Sequence record: PZ452589.1
Source: a phage
Length of the DNA stretch: 64,000 bases
Direction: 5' to 3' (one strand)
Part shown: piece after piece, positions 59,421-64,000 of the stretch
Layout of the letters: each line of letters begins with the position of its first letter
How positions within the stretch are numbered: the stretch's first letter is position 1
Made by a program: the position numbers and the translations under genes
The notes under the pieces: generated by a model
What the model saw: the letters and a program-made list of their open reading frames with translations, nothing else
Told to the model about the DNA's origin: nothing
Database searches by the model: none

Positions 59421-60847
59421 TAAAATTTTAATTCATTTGCCAAAGCATCTAACTGAGCTCGAGTGGATTCATTTCTTTGATAGCGATTCTGTTCAGCCTG
59501 AATCTGTTGTGAACCTGCTACTTCACTCACTTCGGTTGGAGTAGAATCTTGTTCAATTTCTACCCATTTTTGATTTCCTTTTTGAACACCCATCAAAAAC
59601 TTATTCCACTTATTCTTATCACCATATCGTGATTTGATTTGCTTAATAAGTTGTTGTTCAGCAGCTGCCAACTCCTCGGTTTCAATGACCGCAAGCATAA
59701 AATCGGCTGTCGCTGGAAGACCAGCAGATTCTGCGATATCACTCATGTTAACATCGGAAGAGTCCCAAGCTTGTTTACCGACCTGTGCTGCAGTCCAAAG
59801 AACAGTTTCGGTTTCAACAGCAAGAGCACGTAATTCCTCTGCAATGGCTTTAACAGTTGTGTAACTATTTTCTGAGTAAACTCTAATGCGACAAGATTTA
59901 CAAATACCTAGATAGTCGACAATAATGATCGTTGGAACAAAATTCTTTTTGAGCTTCAATTCATTCAAGAGAGACCTGAATGTATTAGCGTCTGCTCCAC
60001 CAGTGGGATACTGTTTAACGATTAAACGACCGAGGGTAGATTTCTCACGCCATTTTTCCATTTTTCCTTTATACTCAGCGTAAGAAATATGTCCATCATC
60101 AATATCATCAAGAGAAACATCGAGCATATTAGCATCAATACGTTTAGCGCAGACTTCTTCTGCCATTTCCATAGAGATATAAAGAACGTTATGACCAAGC
60201 TGCAAATAATCTGCTGCTAATGAACAAAGTCCTAATGATTTACCAACGTTAACGCCAGCCATTAAAACGTTCAGTGTTCCTGTCTCAGCTCCGCCTTTAG
60301 TAATTTTGTTTAGAATTCTGAGTTTAAATGGAACTTTACGAGCTTTATTCATATAAGATAGCCAGCGTGCTTCGTAGTCATCCATCCAATCATGACCAAC
60401 GTAGCTATCAAATGAAATTGATAATGCTTGACGCATGATGTCAGGAATAGCACCAACATCCGGCATTTTCTTATTTCGTTTTTCCGGAGGAAGCTCAGCA
60501 TTAGTTTGAATTTCGATTATTTTAGACGTAGCATTAAACATCGCCCTTTGCTGAACATATTTTTCTGTTTCTTTTACTAACCAGCTGTGGTCTTCCGGAG
60601 AATCAGCCAGTTTTGAAATAAGTGTTTTTACACCAGAATATTCTGTTTCAGTAAATGAACTATTTTCTAATGCAACATTTAACGCATTAATAGATGGAAC
60701 GCTATGGTACTCATTAACATGAGATTTAATTAATTTGAATGTATTTTTAGCTGGACCACTTTCAAAATATTCTGAATCCATATATGGCCAAACTTTTGAA
60801 AAATAAGCTTGATCAAATATAAGATGAGAAAGAATAATTTCTACCAC
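59420..60847 (-). CDS. 41: replicative DNA helicase gp41 (DnaB-like), 475 aa
   Basis: Walker A ..GVNVGKS..; length equals T4 gp41. Confidence 0.92.
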   Translation of the reverse strand: MVEIILSHLIFDQAYFSKVWPYMDSEYFESGPAKNTFKLIKSHVNEYHSVPSINALNVALENSSFTETEYSGVKTLISKLADSPEDHSWLVKETEKYVQQRAMFNATSKIIEIQTNAELPPEKRNKKMPDVGAIPDIMRQALSISFDSYVGHDWMDDYEARWLSYMNKARKVPFKLRILNKITKGGAETGTLNVLMAGVNVGKSLGLCSLAADYLQLGHNVLYISMEMAEEVCAKRIDANMLDVSLDDIDDGHISYAEYKGKMEKWREKSTLGRLIVKQYPTGGADANTFRSLLNELKLKKNFVPTIIIVDYLGICKSCRIRVYSENSYTTVKAIAEELRALAVETETVLWTAAQVGKQAWDSSDVNMSDIAESAGLPATADFMLAVIETEELAAAEQQLIKQIKSRYGDKNKWNKFLMGVQKGNQKWVEIEQDSTPTEVSEVAGSQQIQAEQNRYQRNESTRAQLDALANELKF

Positions 60848-60856
60848 ACTTACTCC

Positions 60857-61219
60857 TTAAAAGAATTTAAACTTTTTCTTTGACCTTTTATTAAATGCAT
60901 CTTGTAGTTGCATTGTAATACATTTTTCTACATGAGGAGCTAACTCAGCTTTTCTTTCTTGGTCAAGAACAGCAAAGTCCATTACAACCTTTCCATCAAC
61001 CCAATCCAGTTTAGTTACATACACTATATGTGTAGAACCATCTTCTAGTTTAATGACAATCTCCTGGATAACATTTTCCATGGCAGATTTAATTATCTTA
61101 AGAGATTCATTAAAAAGACGTTCTTTTCTTTCTTCTTCCCCCTCCGAAGAGGGGGATTCATCGATAATTTCTAGATCTAAATCTAAATCATCTTTATTCA
61201 TTAAATTCTTCCATATCAC
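60857..61219 (-). CDS. 40: gp40 head vertex assembly chaperone, ~114-120 aa
   Basis: small ORF between uvsX and 41 as in T4; assignment by position. Confidence 0.6.
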   Translation of the reverse strand: MIWKNLMNKDDLDLDLEIIDESPSSEGEEERKERLFNESLKIIKSAMENVIQEIVIKLEDGSTHIVYVTKLDWVDGKVVMDFAVLDQERKAELAPHVEKCITMQLQDAFNKRSKKKFKFF

Positions 61220-62375
61220 TTAACTGCTCGAGGTCAGTTTCTAAATCAGCAGCTGATTTACTTTTACTTTCTGGAGATTTAAATTTTTCAACCTTTGAGT
61301 TAATCAATTCATCAACTTCAGCTTCAACAATTTCATTACTATCAATAGCACCTAACTGATAAGCACGTTTAATAGCATCTCGGAATGGTTGATGCTTAAA
61401 TAAAGGACCCCAGAATGTAGTGCAGTTGGTATCTTTTGCACGCCAAGATTTTTCTTCGCGAATCATCTCACCGGTTTCTTCATCAAGAAATTCACGGGCA
61501 TACCAGCCATTTTTAGGTTTTACTACAAATCCTAATTCTAGAGCCATATCTAACAATCCAGAATAAGGATCGATACCACCGTCAAATTTAACATCAATAA
61601 AGAATTTACTTTTTTCTTTAACGGTACGAGATTTTTCTACATTTAGAACAAATTGATACCCCTGAAGATCAGAACCATCTTTAATTTGACGTTTACCGAT
61701 AATGAATACAGTATCAGCCGAATACATTACGCCTGTACCGCCTGTCATCACGGTTTTACTAAACATTTCAATTGTTTCAATTGTATGGTTAACCGCAACG
61801 CACGGAATATTTTTAATGCTAAAGTAAGGAGTAACAATACGGAATAATGACTTCAGTGATTTAGCACGAGTCATATCTGCCACAGATTTTTCATTCAAGG
61901 CATCTTCCGTTTCTTTCTTAGAAGCCATATTACCAATTGAGTCGATGAATACTATAACCTTTTCACCACGCTCAATAGCTTCAAGCTGATTCACCATATC
62001 AATTTTCAGCTGTTCAACTGATTGAATTGGCGTATGAATTACACGTTCCGGGTCAACTCCCATGGATCGCAAATAAGCTGGAGTAATACCAAATTCGCTA
62101 TCATAGAATAGACAAACCGCGTCAGGATATTTGTTCAAATATGCCGCAACCATAGTCAAAGACATATTTGATTTAAAGTGTTTAGAAGGCCCTGCAAAAA
62201 TAGTTAAACCAGACTGCATACCGCCATCAATCGCACCAGAAATAGCGATATTAAGCATTGGAATTTTTGTACGAATTACATCCTTTTCATTAAAGAATTT
62301 AGATGTAGTCAGCTCAGCAGTCATTTTAGAAGTGGAAGCTTTAATCAAACGGGATTTTAAATCTGCAATAGACAT
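61194..62375 (-). CDS. uvsX: UvsX recombinase (RecA-like), 393 aa
   Basis: MSIADLKSRLIKASTSK.. Walker A ..AGPSKHFKS..; matches remembered T4 UvsX. Confidence 0.92.
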   Translation of the reverse strand: MSIADLKSRLIKASTSKMTAELTTSKFFNEKDVIRTKIPMLNIAISGAIDGGMQSGLTIFAGPSKHFKSNMSLTMVAAYLNKYPDAVCLFYDSEFGITPAYLRSMGVDPERVIHTPIQSVEQLKIDMVNQLEAIERGEKVIVFIDSIGNMASKKETEDALNEKSVADMTRAKSLKSLFRIVTPYFSIKNIPCVAVNHTIETIEMFSKTVMTGGTGVMYSADTVFIIGKRQIKDGSDLQGYQFVLNVEKSRTVKEKSKFFIDVKFDGGIDPYSGLLDMALELGFVVKPKNGWYAREFLDEETGEMIREEKSWRAKDTNCTTFWGPLFKHQPFRDAIKRAYQLGAIDSNEIVEAEVDELINSKVEKFKSPESKSKSAADLETDLEQLSDMEEFNE

Positions 62376-62452
62376 TCATTTTTTCCATAGGCATCATTAT
62401 ATTTTCCTCACTGGTTAAAGATAGAGTAATTATAACACAATAAATTTAGGCA

Positions 62453-63301
62453 TTAATCAACTGCTATTGGATGAATAGCATTAAACTTATGAAATGCTTC
62501 TGATTTTTCTTTACGTGAAACGCACATGCGAAGAACCTTTAATGGTTCGTCTTCTTCACCCAACGATTTTCGTTTTTCAATATTAGAAGTTTTCCAACGA
62601 GCTTGCTCTGGAAACTCTCTATTGATTTGCTCAAGCGCTCTATTATGTTTAGAATTACTACGAATTGAACTGCACCCGCCAGGAGCTTGTGCTTTTCCAG
62701 ATACAACCAGATATTTGAACAAGGCCAAATGCGGATAACCTTGATTAATTAAATTGAGAAATGCATACATATCTTCGCACAAATCAATTTTTCCATACCC
62801 AATTTGTTCTGTCGTAAGTTTTCCGAGGTCATACCATGTATTCGTGAATCCATATGAATTTTCACGATAATTACCCCAAGATGAAGTAATTTTAAAAATA
62901 GGTAGACGAGCATGGCCATGATAATACCCGCAATCCATGGCATCCTCAACATATTGAATCAATTCATAGAACTGTTCACGAGTCAATTGATTGACTTTAT
63001 CTACGCAACGACGATCATCTCTTTTTCGCATTGAACTCATACGAATAGTAGTATCATCGTCAATCATCCAGATTCGTTGACCTGCATATATATCGGTAAT
63101 TGCTTTACGAGTACCGGCAATTCCGTTTACATCATCAGGAATAGTTATAATTTTAGCTCTAGACCCATAAGCGTCATGATAAGCTTTTTCTTCATGTTCA
63201 CGCACTACAATATGCGGTTCATAATCAGTCGGAAACATATCAAGGGCAGAAACTGCCCTGACACGCTGATAACTTGGAATTACGAATTGAATCATTTCCA
63301 C
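62453..63301 (-). CDS. GT-A-fold glycosyltransferase, 282 aa, in the bgt position
   Basis: VIPSYQR and IWMIDDDTT (DxD) motifs; T4 has a 351-aa GT-B beta-glucosyltransferase here, so probably a T2/T6-type HMC-DNA glycosyltransferase. Confidence 0.6.
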   Translation of the reverse strand: MEMIQFVIPSYQRVRAVSALDMFPTDYEPHIVVREHEEKAYHDAYGSRAKIITIPDDVNGIAGTRKAITDIYAGQRIWMIDDDTTIRMSSMRKRDDRRCVDKVNQLTREQFYELIQYVEDAMDCGYYHGHARLPIFKITSSWGNYRENSYGFTNTWYDLGKLTTEQIGYGKIDLCEDMYAFLNLINQGYPHLALFKYLVVSGKAQAPGGCSSIRSNSKHNRALEQINREFPEQARWKTSNIEKRKSLGEEDEPLKVLRMCVSRKEKSEAFHKFNAIHPIAVD

Positions 63302-64000
63302 TCACCTTTATAGTCTTTTTTCACAATATGAGTTTCGCCAGTATTCCACCAATGATCAACCAAGTAAAAATGACGAGAATATACATGAAGACTTCCGACA
63401 TTCCATATAATAGAACCTGCTTTATACTGACGAGATGAATCGCCGGCATTCAAATCAGATACTAATTTATCTAATACGTATTTTTGCCATGCATAATCAT
63501 TACGGAATCCGAAGACCACGTCATTTGAGCGCATGCTTACTACTGCATTGACTTTCTTATCACGAATCAGGTACTGTACTGTATTAGTACACATGAAATC
63601 TGACATACCATCTTTATTGTAGTCAAATTGCATGGATGGACGAGTATAAATCATGATACCACGTCGAGAATCAGGATTTTGACCAAGTTCAGCTAAACAC
63701 ATATCATACTGGGCATAGTTATCTTCTGACCAAATAGCCCAACCATAATTCGAGTTAATTTCGCCTTTAGAAGATGCTACCTGCTGCCAAATCTTTGGTG
63801 TTTCACCTGGAATATCTTTAACAAACAAGCTCTTAGATTTATACCATTCAAGTTCACGTTGAATGTATTCATCATTAAGAGCGCCAAAAATAAACGGTTC
63901 ATCTGCTACAAATGATGCGCCAATAATTTCAATAGTTTTAACACCAGTTTTATCAACTACGAAATCTTTTTCTTTTAATGCAAGCCCCAAATGAAGACGG
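63292..64000 (-). CDS. 42: dCMP hydroxymethylase gp42, C-terminal ~235 codons (5' end beyond window)
   Basis: ..LHLGLALKEKDFVVDKTGVKTIEIIGASF.. matches remembered T4 gp42; reading frame stays open to the window edge. Confidence 0.85.
   Translation of the reverse strand, partial: RLHLGLALKEKDFVVDKTGVKTIEIIGASFVADEPFIFGALNDEYIQRELEWYKSKSLFVKDIPGETPKIWQQVASSKGEINSNYGWAIWSEDNYAQYDMCLAELGQNPDSRRGIMIYTRPSMQFDYNKDGMSDFMCTNTVQYLIRDKKVNAVVSMRSNDVVFGFRNDYAWQKYVLDKLVSDLNAGDSSRQYKAGSIIWNVGSLHVYSRHFYLVDHWWNTGETHIVKKDYKGEWK

Noticed and set aside
34281-63313. Other plus-strand or alternative-frame ORFs in the right half, opposite known minus-strand genes (for example 35437-35787 in gene 52, 39560-39922 in rIIB, 43214-43717 and 44045-44335 in gene 39, 46302-46977, 49965-50189 in dda, 55677-55973 in gene 56, 56891-57196 in gene 61, 59634-59864 in gene 41, 61653-61847 and 62131-62418 around uvsX, 62526-62952 and 63077-63313 in the glycosyltransferase)
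   Set aside because: Overlap well-supported genes, no SD, and typical antisense-frame composition.

Overview
This window is a contiguous segment of a T-even (T4-like, Tevenvirinae) myophage genome. Gene content and order match the T4 map almost gene for gene. From left to right: rIII, 31, cd, pseT, alc, rnlA (63), denA, nrdB, a mobE-like HNH endonuclease, nrdA, td, frd, 32, a segG-like GIY-YIG endonuclease, 59, 33, dsbA and rnh, all on the minus strand; then the plus-strand late tail-fibre block 34-35-36-37-38 plus holin t; then back on the minus strand asiA, arn, motA, 52, ac, stp, ndd, denB, rIIB, rIIA, 39, dexA, dda, srd, modA, modB, soc, 56, 61, sp, dmd, 41, 40, uvsX, a glycosyltransferase and the 3' part of 42. 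Identifications rest on reading the translated ORFs against remembered T4 protein sequences, lengths and synteny; no database search was run. The phage is not T4 itself: gene 39 is one 606-aa ORF (no gene 60 split or bypass), td and nrdB have no introns, gp38 is a 260-aa glycine-rich adhesin with a gp37 carrying a C-terminal self-cleaving chaperone domain (T2/T6/S16 type), the bgt position holds a 282-aa GT-A-type glycosyltransferase, and the 56-61 gap has no dam. Regulatory signals are T4-typical: GTTTAC(A)-N16/17-TAnnAT early promoters, a MotA-box middle promoter, TATAAATA late promoters, C(UUCG)G and GNRA hairpins, and rho-independent terminators. No rRNA, complete tRNA or CRISPR array was found. 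I could not pin down one clearly novel system; the best candidates are a GC-rich ORF-free island (762-1117), a duplicated 3'-end cassette on two adjacent genes (57570-57976), several tandem paralog sets, a micro-ORF array of hydrophobic peptides between ndd and denB, and a plus-strand ORF where T4 has dam.
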